A DNA stretch of 32,000 nucleotides from Candidatus Saccharimonadota bacterium. Its GTDB lineage: Bacteria > Patescibacteriota > Gracilibacteria > Absconditabacterales > Absconditicoccaceae. The notes beneath the pieces were generated by a model, which was given only the letters and a program-made list of their open reading frames with translations, made no database searches and was not told the DNA's origin. Positions 9,863 through 19,124 of the stretch are shown here, piece after piece. The DNA is taken from NCBI GenBank assembly GCA_965231145.1, contig OZ246420.1, forward strand, positions 300,001-332,000, read 5' to 3'. Made by a program: the position numbers and the translations under genes. Position 1 is the stretch's first letter. Every line of letters starts with the position of its first letter.

Positions 9863-10255
9863 TTATAAGTATATGTATTGCAAATATGTTGTCAAAAAAA
9901 GTCCCCGCAATCAGGGACTAGCTTTTACATAGTATTCTATTGTATAAGATGCATTGATGGTGCCGTCGTCTGTAGGATCAAACTTTGACTTGGTGATGCG
10001 GGCATGGGCGACATTAGCAGGAAGCTCTCTTAGGCATTTTGCTAGAACAGCGCCATACGGTTCGAGGTTGTTTACATGCATGTGGAATTCTTTGATTTCT
10101 CCTTTCCCTGGCTGATACTTATGTTTCATATAGATGCAATAAGCAATGCGCATAAGACCCAAGAGGATGAGAAATGCGGTAGCAATGCCAAGAATAACCT
10201 TCCATTGCTCAAATGATACACCCCAAAATGAGGTTTGAGTTGTGTTTAATAGCAT
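9863..10255 (-). CDS. Hypothetical single-pass membrane protein
   Basis: 114-aa track ORF with one hydrophobic helix (VILGIATAFLILLGLMRIAYCIY). Its nominal stop is TGA 9911-9913, so under table 25 it extends 16 codons to TAA 9863-9865. Confidence 0.55.
9894..9919 (-). terminator. Terminator-like hairpin overlapping the TGA codon at 9911
   Basis: Minus strand: agtccc-tgattgcg-gggact followed by T7. Confidence 0.45.
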
Positions 10256-10413
10256 AGAATGTGATTTTTGTGTTGTGATATGATACCGTTATGCAGGTTT
10301 ATGTCAATGAAATTACTCTTTGTCAGCGACTTGCTCTACATAGACTTTTTGGATAAGTCTCACGATAACAATTCCCTCGAATTTCAGCCCTTTTTCTGTA
10401 TAGTTACCGCACG

Positions 10414-12285
10414 ATGACTCATCTTCAAGAACTCTTACAGGAGATACAACGTATACCTACTGCTGACCTTAACGCTGTAAAGCGCGCTAAGAGAGATTTT
10501 GCGAAAAAATATAATATTTCTGACATCCCGAGTAATGTTGAACTTCTTAAAAAATACCGCTCATTAGTTGCCTCGGGGGACTATGAGGCCAATAAACATT
10601 TAGAATCACTTCTCAAGAAAAGAGCCATTCGCTCTGATTCGGGCATTGTGCCTATTCAAGTTTTGACGAAACCTTTCTGGTGTCCAGGGAAGTGTATCTT
10701 TTGTCCGAACGATGCAACCATGCCGAAGAGTTACATCAATACTGAACCTGGTGCCATGCGCGCATTGCTCAATCAGTTTGATCCTTACAAGCAAGCATAC
10801 AATAGATTACTATCGCTTCACTTAACAGGTCACGATACCGATAAGATCGAAATGATCGTGCTCGGTGGTACGTGGGATGTCTATCCAAATGACTACAAGC
10901 GTGATTTCCTGAAGTGACTCTATGACGCGTGCAATACGTTTGATCAATTTCTTGCAACGTATGAAAAGCATAATATCCGTGGCGGAAACTATAATATTGC
11001 AGACCTTAATATTGCATTCCCGGAGACGATAGAAGAGTCTATGGAGATCAATGAGACAAGCGCTCATCGTATCATCTGACTCACGATTGAAACAAGACCA
11101 GAGTATATGACTGATGAAAACTGCCAGATGTGGCGTAGTCGAGGAGTGACTCGTCTGGAGATGGGTTTGCAATCGATGTATGACGACGTGCTCGATGCTA
11201 ACAAGCGTGGTCATTCTGTGCAGCAGGCAAGAGAAGCGATGCATAAGATGCGTCAATATGGCTTCAAGTTTTCTATTCACTTCATGCCGTGACTCTATGG
11301 TTCAACGGTCGATAAAGATGTCGAAACCTTTCGTCTCGCATATAACGATCCGTACATCAAACCCGATGAGATTAAGTTCTACCCAACATCTGTTATCCCA
11401 AATACAGAGCTCTATGAACTCTATAGAAAAGGTGCATATAAACCGCTAGAAACAGATGATATTGTACATATTATTCGTACGGTACAATTGGATATCATTC
11501 CTTCGTACACAAGAATTAAACGTCTCATTCGTGATATTCCGTCGACGGAAATTGCTGCCGGAAGCAGCATCACAAATCTCAGACAGTTGACAGAAATAGA
11601 TCTACTTGCTGATCTTTCAAGGGATGAAGGGATGAGGGCTAAGTTGTATGAAAGGCTCTATGAGAATGAAAAGACATATGACTCATTGGCGCAGTATTTG
11701 TCTGTCCGGACTTGATCCGGACACCATCCTGATGCTGAATCAAGTTCAGCATGACAAGCTATAGAGACAAGTATTATTGGAACAGCGCCAGATATGAAAT
11801 CTCCAAGAAATTTTGTATCACTCGATACAAGAGCTCGTGAGATTAGAAACAGAAAGCTTAAAGCAGAACAAGAAGTGGCGAATCTGGTTATAAGAAAATA
11901 CCAATCATCGGTTGGTGAGGAATATTTTATTAGTTATGAAGACGAGCTTTGATATCTGTATGGATTTACGAGATTGCTTTTGCCAAAAGAAGGAGAGACT
12001 ATCGAACGAGCAGGACTTGGGGCAGGAACAGCGCTCATCAGAGAGCTTCATGTCTACGGACAGTTAGCTAAGATCCAAAACATAGATGTTGATGCAGATA
12101 AAAGCAAGACTCAACATAGAGGATTTGGTTCAAAACTTATGTATGCAGCTGAACAGATAGCAGCTCATTTCTGATATAAGAAGTTATCAGTTATTTCTTG
12201 AATATGAGTCAGAGAGTACTATAAGAAAATAGGATATCACAAAGAGGGAACTTATATGATAAAGCAGCTAGCATCTAGCAAATAG
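10414..12285 (+). CDS. elp3: Elp3-family radical SAM / GNAT acetyltransferase (tRNA uridine-34 carboxymethylation enzyme homolog)
   Basis: Single 623-codon frame through TGA at 10915, 11077, 11290, 11713, 11752, 11950, 12172, 12199 and 12205; TAG stop at 12283-12285. Motifs CPGKCIFCPND (radical SAM cluster), II-G-LTIETRPEY, GVTRLEMGLQS, HFMP-G-L, RIKRLIRDIP, QHRGFGSKLM and ISGIGVREYYKKIGY (GNAT end). Confidence 0.85.
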
Positions 12286-12333
12286 CAGCTCGGGATCCTC
12301 AAAAACAAAATTTATTATTAACCAAAACAAAAA

Positions 12334-12673
12334 ATGCTTAATTACAAAGAACTTATTGTATGGCAAAGAGCCATGGATCTCGCTGAAGACGTATATAAAA
12401 TTATTCGTGACTTCCCTAAGTATGTATGGATTGAGTGATCAAATTAGAAGATCGGTTGTTTCTATTCCTTCTAATATTGCAGAATGAATGCAAAGAACAG
12501 GAAAGAGTCAAGTACTCTTTTTAAGAATTGCACTAGGATCGTGATCTGAGTTGGAAACTCAAATGCTACTTGCAAAGAGATTGGGATATGCTAATAACAT
12601 AGATATATTACTAAATCAATTAGAAAACATATTGAAAATGTTGCAAGCGCTTAAAAAGAGAGTGAAAATATAA
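12334..12673 (+). pseudogene. Four-helix-bundle protein (23S rRNA intervening-sequence protein family, TIGR02436-like), with a +1 frameshift in helix 1
   Basis: Frame A from ATG 12334: MLNYKELIVWQRAMDLAEDVYKIIRDFPKY. Frame B from 12422: YGLSDQIRRSVVSIPSNIAE-G-MQRTGKSQVLFLRIALGS-G-SELETQMLLAKRLGY..., ending TAA 12671-12673. Total length is 340 nt, not a multiple of 3. Confidence 0.75.
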
Positions 12674-12710
12674 ATTGCTACAATCTATCTGCTAACTGCT
12701 ATCTGCCATT

Positions 12711-12902
12711 ATGTTAAAATTTATCAAAGACTTCTTCATTTATCCGTTCGCTAGCAATAAAGAATCGAATAGATTCGCGCAGTTTTTGCAGTTTGTGGGA
12801 AAGGATTATCCGGCATATTTTTGGGCGAAGCCGTCCGTAGGACGTATATTGGTGCTGCCGTTTCTTATGGTTCGTTTTGTATTTAAGAGGAGCGATAAAT
12901 AA
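12711..12902 (+). CDS. Hypothetical small protein (63 aa)
   Basis: ATG..TAA ORF only; no motif recognised. It lies between the repeat arm and holB. Confidence 0.25.
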   Translation: MLKFIKDFFIYPFASNKESNRFAQFLQFVGKDYPAYFWAKPSVGRILVLPFLMVRFVFKRSDK

Positions 12903-12938
12903 CTTTGTTTTAGAAATATTTTTTGTATAATTTGCCGT

Positions 12939-13844
12939 ATGATAGTAGGTAATAAGCAAGTACAAGAGGTCATGCGTCAGTATGTCCAGACAGTGAAAGC
13001 AAGCGGTGTGGTAACGGCTCCTTTTATGATTTTTCATGGGCCGGACTATGTCGGAAAGAGTAGTTTTGCGCTCGATCTTGCGCAAGAGCTTGTGGGTCCT
13101 TTTGGATATAGCGATATCTTGCATATTAAAGACATGTCGCATGTTATTGGAAAAAAACATACGTTGAAAGTAGAGCAAGGAGACGACATCGAATATGATA
13201 ATGGATTGAAATATGAAGACCTTGGTGCAAGAGAGATCCGTGAATGGATGGCGAAGACAGCAGCAAATGAATATAAAGTATTGATATTAGAAAATATAGA
13301 ACGTATGACGGTGAGTGCCGCAAATGCCTTCCTTAAGTACTTTGAAGAGCCGTTTGCAAAGACGTTGATCATTGCGACGACAAGAAATAAGAGTGAGATA
13401 CTAGAGACTATTATCTCTCGTGCGTTGCTTGTCGCGTTCTCCTATGTGAGCGATGAAGAAGTGAAGACCTTGCTTCAGCGTGAATATCCTGATACACCAG
13501 AACCAAAGCTCCATGCGTTAGTAGATCTCGCAGCAGGAAGACCATGATTTGTCCTGACGCTTATGGGTAAAGACAAAGAGATGATTGTTGATCTGCAGGA
13601 TAGCGTGCTTCGTTTTATCGCCATGCATCAGCAGTGACCGCGCGTAACAGGCGTCTTCCGTCTGCTCACAGAAATGCAAAAGAAGTGATATCTTGAGGTG
13701 TTTCTCGATACGTTGCTTTATCACTATGAGCGTGAACAGAACTATCAGATGATCTCAGAGCTTATTGAGACAAGAAAGAAACTTGGCTACAATATCTCTG
13801 GAGAAAATGTGCTTTTTAGCTTTGCATTGCACGAAGCTCAGTAA
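12939..13844 (+). CDS. holB: DNA polymerase III delta-prime subunit (clamp-loader AAA+)
   Basis: FMIFHGPDYVGKSSFA (Walker A-like), KVLILENIERMTVSAANAFLKYFEEP, IIATTRNKSEILETIISR. Frame continues through TGA at 13545, 13635 and 13686 to TAA 13842-13844. Confidence 0.8.
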
Positions 13845-13848
13845 GACA

Positions 13849-14325
13849 ATGTTAGCAAAATCATATAAACTTACAGGAAAAGATGTGCGCTTTCTTCTGC
13901 GCAAAAGATGACTTGTCTATGGGCAAGGCATGGTTTTTGCGATCTATCAGCAATATGATAATAGGTCGTATAACCAACGAAGTCTTCAGGTTTCAACCAA
14001 GATATCCAAATCGTCTGTGCACAGAAATTTCATTAAAAGACTTTTCTATGAACAGCTTGCAGAGGATCTGCCCGTAGAAAAAAAGATAGGAGAATGATAC
14101 TATAAAATCTTTGTCTACTTCCATAAAACCTTGCCTGAAGAGCTCGCAAAGCTTCTTGCAAATACTGATAAAAATGCTATAAAGAGCCAAATAAAAGCTC
14201 GCTTTCATGAGCACTTTAATTCATTTCCTGCGCTAGTATGTCGCTTCTGTGATTCTTCAAAAAAATCGGTCATGCCATTGAAAAGAAAACCAACCACATG
14301 AAATCCCTCAAGAAAAAAGAGCTAG
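13849..14325 (+). CDS. rnpA: Ribonuclease P protein component, with a C-terminal extension
   Basis: This frame is not in the ORF track because of TGA at 13909, 14095 and 14299. MLAKSYKLTGKDVRFLLRKR-G-LVYGQGMVFAIY...QVSTKISKSSVHRNFIKRLFYEQL matches the RnpA RNR-motif region. TAG stop at 14323-14325, overlapping the next gene by 28 nt. Confidence 0.7.
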
Positions 14326-15497
14326 ATGAGATAGAGCGTCTCTATAGCGAGCTTGAGCAAAAGGATGCAGAGTTGGAGCATGAAAAGGCGAAGGCTACTA
14401 AACATCATTGGGATACATCCAGTATTTTCAAATTCTGGATTATTGGTGCGCTTATCGTGTACGTATCATATCTTGCTTTTCAGACTTTGGATGTGATCTA
14501 TCTTATCGCTGCAGCGTTCATTTTTTCTATGGTCATGGATGCGCCGATTGCATTTTTCTCAAAGCGTATGAACAGAGGATTGGCTATCTTCCTTGCATAT
14601 TTCATCATGGTGATTATTATAGGAAGTTTGATGCTCTTTGTGCTTCCGTTCCTTTTTGATCAGATTGCGGATATTATTAGACTTGCTACTAACGAAGCAG
14701 GTGACTTCAGAAATCTTATAGCAACAGAAGGACTGGCGAACAGCATCTCTCGTATTGGTTGGTTGCCTGGTATGATCAAAGACTATATTCTCGATCCCAA
14801 TACACTCAATCAAATACAGAGTAGCTTGCAGCAAAACATCTCGGATATCGTTTCTCAAGGAACAACATATGCGACAAATATTGGATCATTTGCGGTAAAG
14901 ATCGTCACGGGAGTGTTCTCAACTATCGCGCAAATTGCGCTTGTGCTTTCACTTTCAGTCTTCTTCTCTATTGAAAAGGATAGCGTCATTAACTTCTTTG
15001 CTCGCTTATCAGGAAGCAGAAGTACAACGACATATGTGAAACTTCACCGTCTCTATGCAAAGCTTGGATACTGGTTGAAAGGACAGCTTATTGTCTGCTG
15101 CTATATTGGCGTTATGGTATTTATCTTGCTCAACATCGTTGGGCTCTTCGGTATAAACATACCAAATACAGGTTCTCTCTCGCTCATAGCAGGAATGACA
15201 AATATCTTTCCATACATCGGTCCTATCCTTGGATCCGTTCCGGCTCTTCTTGTCGTAGCAGTTGCACTTGGTTGGCCAGGTATCATTGCCGTACTTTGTA
15301 TCTATGTGGTGACACAGTGGACAGAGAATAATATCCTGACGCCGATTGTCATGAATAAGACACTTGGTGTAAGCCCTCTTCTTGTTTTCCTTTGTATGGT
15401 TATTGGAGGATTGGTCTTCGGTTTCATTGGAGTATTGTTCGCAGTACCAATCTCCGTAGTGATTAGCGTCTTATCTGAGCGTGAGAAAAAAGACTAA
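14298..15497 (+). CDS. AI-2E family transporter (PerM/UPF0118)
   Basis: 399 aa, multi-pass membrane protein. C-terminal signature TENNILTPIVMNKTLGVSPLLVFLCMVIGGLVFGFIGVLFAVPI. Confidence 0.8.
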   Translation: MKSLKKKELDEIERLYSELEQKDAELEHEKAKATKHHWDTSSIFKFWIIGALIVYVSYLAFQTLDVIYLIAAAFIFSMVMDAPIAFFSKRMNRGLAIFLAYFIMVIIIGSLMLFVLPFLFDQIADIIRLATNEAGDFRNLIATEGLANSISRIGWLPGMIKDYILDPNTLNQIQSSLQQNISDIVSQGTTYATNIGSFAVKIVTGVFSTIAQIALVLSLSVFFSIEKDSVINFFARLSGSRSTTTYVKLHRLYAKLGYWLKGQLIVCCYIGVMVFILLNIVGLFGINIPNTGSLSLIAGMTNIFPYIGPILGSVPALLVVAVALGWPGIIAVLCIYVVTQWTENNILTPIVMNKTLGVSPLLVFLCMVIGGLVFGFIGVLFAVPISVVISVLSEREKKD

Positions 15498-15505
15498 TAC
15501 ACTTA

Positions 15506-15570
15506 GCAGTTGGATTTTAGATGTTAGATTATAGCATCTTGCCAACATCTAAAATCTAACATCTAATTGC
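15506..15570. repeat. TTAGATGTTAGATT palindromic element, copy 1
   Basis: gcagttggattttagatgttagattatagcatcttgccaacatctaaaatctaacatctaattgc; the arms are reverse complements (ggattttagatgtt / aacatctaaaatc). Confidence 0.85.
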
Positions 15571-15578
15571 TTTCGATT

Positions 15579-16430
15579 ATGAGTAAAATAGGAGTAATAA
15601 GCTCGTGAGTTGATATGTTGGTGTTGTTTCGTTTCTTAGCGAAGCATGATTTTGAGTATCATGTTGTCTATGATGATTTGGGATGGCCTTGGGCAGATAA
15701 GCCATTTTCATATATGCTCGATCGTGCTCAGAAGGCCATCGATTATGCGGTGCAGCAAGGATGTGCACAGGTAATCGTGCCACCCGTGGTAGAGCTCGCG
15801 CTTCGCGCGGACAAGAACTATGCAAAGTATGTTATGCCGATCTATCAGCACTATGTTCTCGATGAATGTATGCCGCTTTCAGTGGTAGGAAAGATCGGTT
15901 TTGCTGGTGAGTATAATGATCTTCAGCAGAAAGATTTATTTGAGACATTGGTTGGTGAGTACGCGCCAAATGAGGCCCAGATGAAAAGAATAACAGAACT
16001 TCAGAAAAAGAAGCCGGCCTATAAGTGGTCATTGAGTTTCTGGTGGCAGGAGATCGTTATGTGGAAGTACTATCTCACGAAGCTCAGTTTCAAAGACTGG
16101 ATGGTGCATCAGAGTATGAAAGCTGATTGGCGTTATTTCAAAGATGCGTTGGTTGATACGATCATCCCGACAAGCTATGGTTTTTTTGCGTATGAGACAG
16201 TGCTCGGTAAATTTTTGAACAATAGAAAGCAAAGATTTCATAGACTTGCTCTCATTGAGAAGCAATTTAATATTCTTCTAGAGCAAAGAGTAGAGAGCGA
16301 AGAGCAGAACTATAATGTGGTGATTTCTTATACAGGAACCCTTGATCATCTTACGAGAGAAAAGAAGTGGATGTGGATGCTACAGAGAGGCAAGGAAGTG
16401 CAGGTAGAGACGAAGCATATATCTTTATAA
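15579..16430 (+). CDS. Glutamate racemase (MurI)-like protein lacking both catalytic cysteines
   Basis: Start ATG 15579, through TGA 15606-15608: MSKIGVISS-G-VDMLVLFRFL (compare MurI IGVFDSGVGGL). YDDLGWPWADKP (compare YxGDxxxxPYGxK). QVIVPPVVEL in place of the ACNTAS motif; DTIIPTSYGFF in place of DxxxLGCTHYP. Confidence 0.45.
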
Positions 16431-16462
16431 TTACGAGTTAACAGTTGCGAATTACGAATGAA
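16431..16462 (+). repeat. ATTACGA-word direct repeat (related to 28062-28097)
   Basis: aattacgagttaacagttgcgaattacgaatg; shares attacgaRtta / gttacgaatt words with the element after hrcA. Confidence 0.4.
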
Positions 16463-16479
16463 ATAAGGTATAAAATTTG

Positions 16480-16510
16480 CCTACTTTTTAGGGCAATGCT
16501 AAAAAGTAGG
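16480..16510. other. Perfect 12-bp stem-loop between the MurI-like gene and spoU
   Basis: cctactttttag-ggcaatg-ctaaaaagtagg. No adjacent T-run on the plus strand. Confidence 0.6.
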
Positions 16511-16559
16511 TCCCCTGCGGAAGGAAGAAAAAAGAACTTATTTTTATACTAATAATTCT

Positions 16560-17015
16560 ATGAGAAATATAGCCATCTTAGAAAATATTCGCAGTGTGTA
16601 CAATGTCGGAAACATCATTCGTACGGCCGATGCGCTATGATGGGATGTATGGTTTACTGGCTATACAGCGACGCCGGAAAGCAATCCAAGAGTGCATAAG
16701 ACTTCGCTTGGAGCAGAAGATCATGTAAACTGGAAGCATTTTGAGACAACAGAGGGTGCTTTACAGGCAGCCAAGGATTTATGATATCGCACTGCAGCAG
16801 CAGAGCTGGATGAGCATGCAATAGCGCTCAATATTTTCTCGCAGCAAAAAGAAAACCCCGTCGCCGTCGTATTTGGCAATGAGGTTGTTGGTGTCGAAAA
16901 AGACACATTGGAAAGGGTAGAGAGCATTGTGTTTATCCCGATGGCTGGCGTGAAGGAATCACTCAATGTGTGACAGACTGCAGCTATTTTTATGCGAGAG
17001 TTAAGAATGAGGTAG
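16560..17015 (+). CDS. SpoU/TrmH-family RNA 2'-O-methyltransferase
   Basis: LENIRSVYNVGNIIRTADAL-G-WD, VVFGNEVVGVEKDTL, IPMAGVKESLNV-G-QTAAIFMREL. TGA at 16638, 16782 and 16971; TAG stop at 17013-17015. Confidence 0.85.
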
Positions 17016-17528
17016 TATGTATTCTGCCTGTTGTAACAGAGGTTCATATTTTTCATACACAGTGTGTAGCATAAGATCGATGCTGTCTATAAGTACTTTA
17101 TAAGAAATTTCTGCTTCGTGTCTTTGTTCTTCGGAAGTCGCCTTAATAGTTCTATTATCTTCTTCCAGTGTGTCGAGAAAACTATTTATTTGCTGCTCAC
17201 ATTCATTGAGCTCATTGCGGATAGTAATGATATCTCCTAATTCCATATTCCCTAAGGATTCCTGAAAGGTCAAATTGTCCTTGTAAGTAGTTATCCTATA
17301 GAGCATTTCATAGAGGGCATGTTTCGCATTTATTATAGAAATTTTCATCTGCTCTTCAGTCGTATATTTTCTATTCTGTAGTACATTGATAAGCTCTGTG
17401 GTATAATTAGTGGAAAAAGCATTTCCCTTGTATGCTTTGTCGTAATTATGAGCTCTGTTCATAGCTTTTAACGCTAATTTACGTTGCGAATCTGGACTGT
17501 GACCGTCGTTGGAAATGGATGAACGCAT
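17001..17528 (-). CDS. Hypothetical protein (helical or coiled-coil-like composition)
   Basis: 175-aa ORF with a TAA stop, immediately downstream of the dnaA terminator. No motif recognised. Confidence 0.5.
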   Translation of the reverse strand: MRSSISNDGHSPDSQRKLALKAMNRAHNYDKAYKGNAFSTNYTTELINVLQNRKYTTEEQMKISIINAKHALYEMLYRITTYKDNLTFQESLGNMELGDIITIRNELNECEQQINSFLDTLEEDNRTIKATSEEQRHEAEISYKVLIDSIDLMLHTVYEKYEPLLQQAEYILPHS

Positions 17529-17539
17529 GTTTATTTATG

Positions 17540-17572
17540 AAAAAAGTACATATCTTATTATATGTACTTTTT
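17540..17572. terminator. Bidirectional terminator-like hairpin after dnaA
   Basis: aaaaaa-gtacata-tcttatta-tatgtac-ttttt. Confidence 0.65.
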
Positions 17573-17602
17573 ATTTCTTGTCAAATATTCTGTGTCTATC
17601 TT

Positions 17603-19069
17603 TTACAATCCATCTACCATAACCATGAGATCTTGCTCAAGCTGCTTATCGTGTCTCATGAGTTTTTCAAAGTTTTCGATAGCGTAGATCACTGTTGCGT
17701 GGTTACGCCCACCAAAGTAGTCTCCAATCTTTTCGAGAGTCCGGTCAAAGTACTTTTTCGCGATAAACATAAGCATCTGTCTTGTTTGGGAAATCTCTTT
17801 TTTTCTGCTATCGCCTCTGACGTCGTTGACAGAAATGTTATAATAATTGCATCCTTTTTCTACGATCTTGCTGAAAGCACCGCTACTTCTATTGCTGACT
17901 GCGGTTGGCTGATCGTTATCTTCTTCCTTGACCTTGTAACCAAGTGTGCTCAGAGAATCAAGGATGTCATCCTTATCGAGCTCTTTGTCGACAAGTGTTC
18001 TTCTCGTCATGAGGATATTGAGTACGCCTTCCAGCTCTCTGACGTTGGTTTTGATATGCTTCGCGATAAGTCCAAGGTTTTCATTATCAATACTTTCGCC
18101 ACGTGTAGCGAGCTTTGACTGGAGGATTGCAACTCTTGTCTCATAGTCTGGTGCCTTAATGTCGCACACAAGTCCAAATGCAAAGCGTGTTCTGAGTCTT
18201 TCTTCGAGGAGTGTTAGCTCTCTTGGAGCACGATCTGATGTAAGGATGATCTGCTTCTTCTTTGACTGAAAATCATTGAAGATATTGTGAAATACTTCCT
18301 GTGTCTTTTCTTTCTCAGCGATAAACTGGATATCATCGACCATGAGGACATCGATATTATCAAGTCTGACCATAAGATCGTGCATCTTGTTTTTTCTGGT
18401 TGCATCCACGATTTCATCGATGAGCTTCGTTGCAGGCAAATAGACGACAACCTTATCAGGGTAAAGTCTCATGATCTCATTGCCGATGGCTTGCATAAGG
18501 TGAGTCTTTCCCAGTCCTACTTGACCATAGATGAAAAGAGGATTGTAGACGAGACCTGGCTTCTCAGCCGTCTGCTGTGCTGCGTTAAATGCAAGTTTAC
18601 TGCTTGATCCTGCGACAAATGTGTCGAAAGTAAATTTGTCGTCGAAGAGGATACCAAACTGGTCGGTAAATGTCTTCTTTGTTTTTCCTTCGATTTTGAT
18701 TTCTTTTTCTGGTTTGTCAGAGATGTTAAGTACTTTTTTGAAATCTACGAGAAGGTCGTGTTTCCCTGTTTGAAATGGTCCGTAGCAGACAAGCTTTACC
18801 GAAAACTGAGGGTTATAGAGTTCTTCTATAGCGTTATTGAGGCCTTTTGTGAGAAACTTCTTGATCTGAGAGAGAGAAAACTCGTTTGCCACACCAATGA
18901 AAATATGTTTTGCTTTTTCGTCGATAGAGATGATTCCGCTTTTGCTGAGGAAGGTGAAGATCTTTTTCGGGTCATGATTTTGCCCAAGATGCACCACGAC
19001 TTTTGTCCAGAGGTCTTTGAGAAATTGTTTCTGCTCTGAGTCGTACTCATTGATCATATCTAGTAGCAT
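17603..19069 (-). CDS. dnaA: Chromosomal replication initiator protein DnaA
   Basis: 488 aa uninterrupted. YNPLFIYGQVGLGKTHLMQAIGN (Walker A), DVLMVDDIQF (Walker B), ILTSDRAPREL, C-terminal RKKEISQTRQMLMFIAKKYF...IGDYFGGRNHATVIYA (DNA-binding domain). Confidence 0.97.
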   Translation of the reverse strand: MLLDMINEYDSEQKQFLKDLWTKVVVHLGQNHDPKKIFTFLSKSGIISIDEKAKHIFIGVANEFSLSQIKKFLTKGLNNAIEELYNPQFSVKLVCYGPFQTGKHDLLVDFKKVLNISDKPEKEIKIEGKTKKTFTDQFGILFDDKFTFDTFVAGSSSKLAFNAAQQTAEKPGLVYNPLFIYGQVGLGKTHLMQAIGNEIMRLYPDKVVVYLPATKLIDEIVDATRKNKMHDLMVRLDNIDVLMVDDIQFIAEKEKTQEVFHNIFNDFQSKKKQIILTSDRAPRELTLLEERLRTRFAFGLVCDIKAPDYETRVAILQSKLATRGESIDNENLGLIAKHIKTNVRELEGVLNILMTRRTLVDKELDKDDILDSLSTLGYKVKEEDNDQPTAVSNRSSGAFSKIVEKGCNYYNISVNDVRGDSRKKEISQTRQMLMFIAKKYFDRTLEKIGDYFGGRNHATVIYAIENFEKLMRHDKQLEQDLMVMVDGL

Positions 19070-19124
19070 CTCTCCCGTACATATAAAATAAATCTATTAG
19101 CCGAGCTTATGAAAGTCATCAGAG

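Noticed and set aside
13883-14077. 64-aa track ORF after holB
   Set aside because: A different frame, readable only with TGA = Gly, gives a clear RnpA sequence across the same interval.
14180-14325. The C-terminal extension of rnpA (..FPALVCRFCDSSKKS..) as a fused remnant of yidD, which normally follows rnpA
   Set aside because: There is only a weak resemblance to the CRFxPTCS motif, and the remainder of YidD is not recognisable. The evidence is too thin to call.
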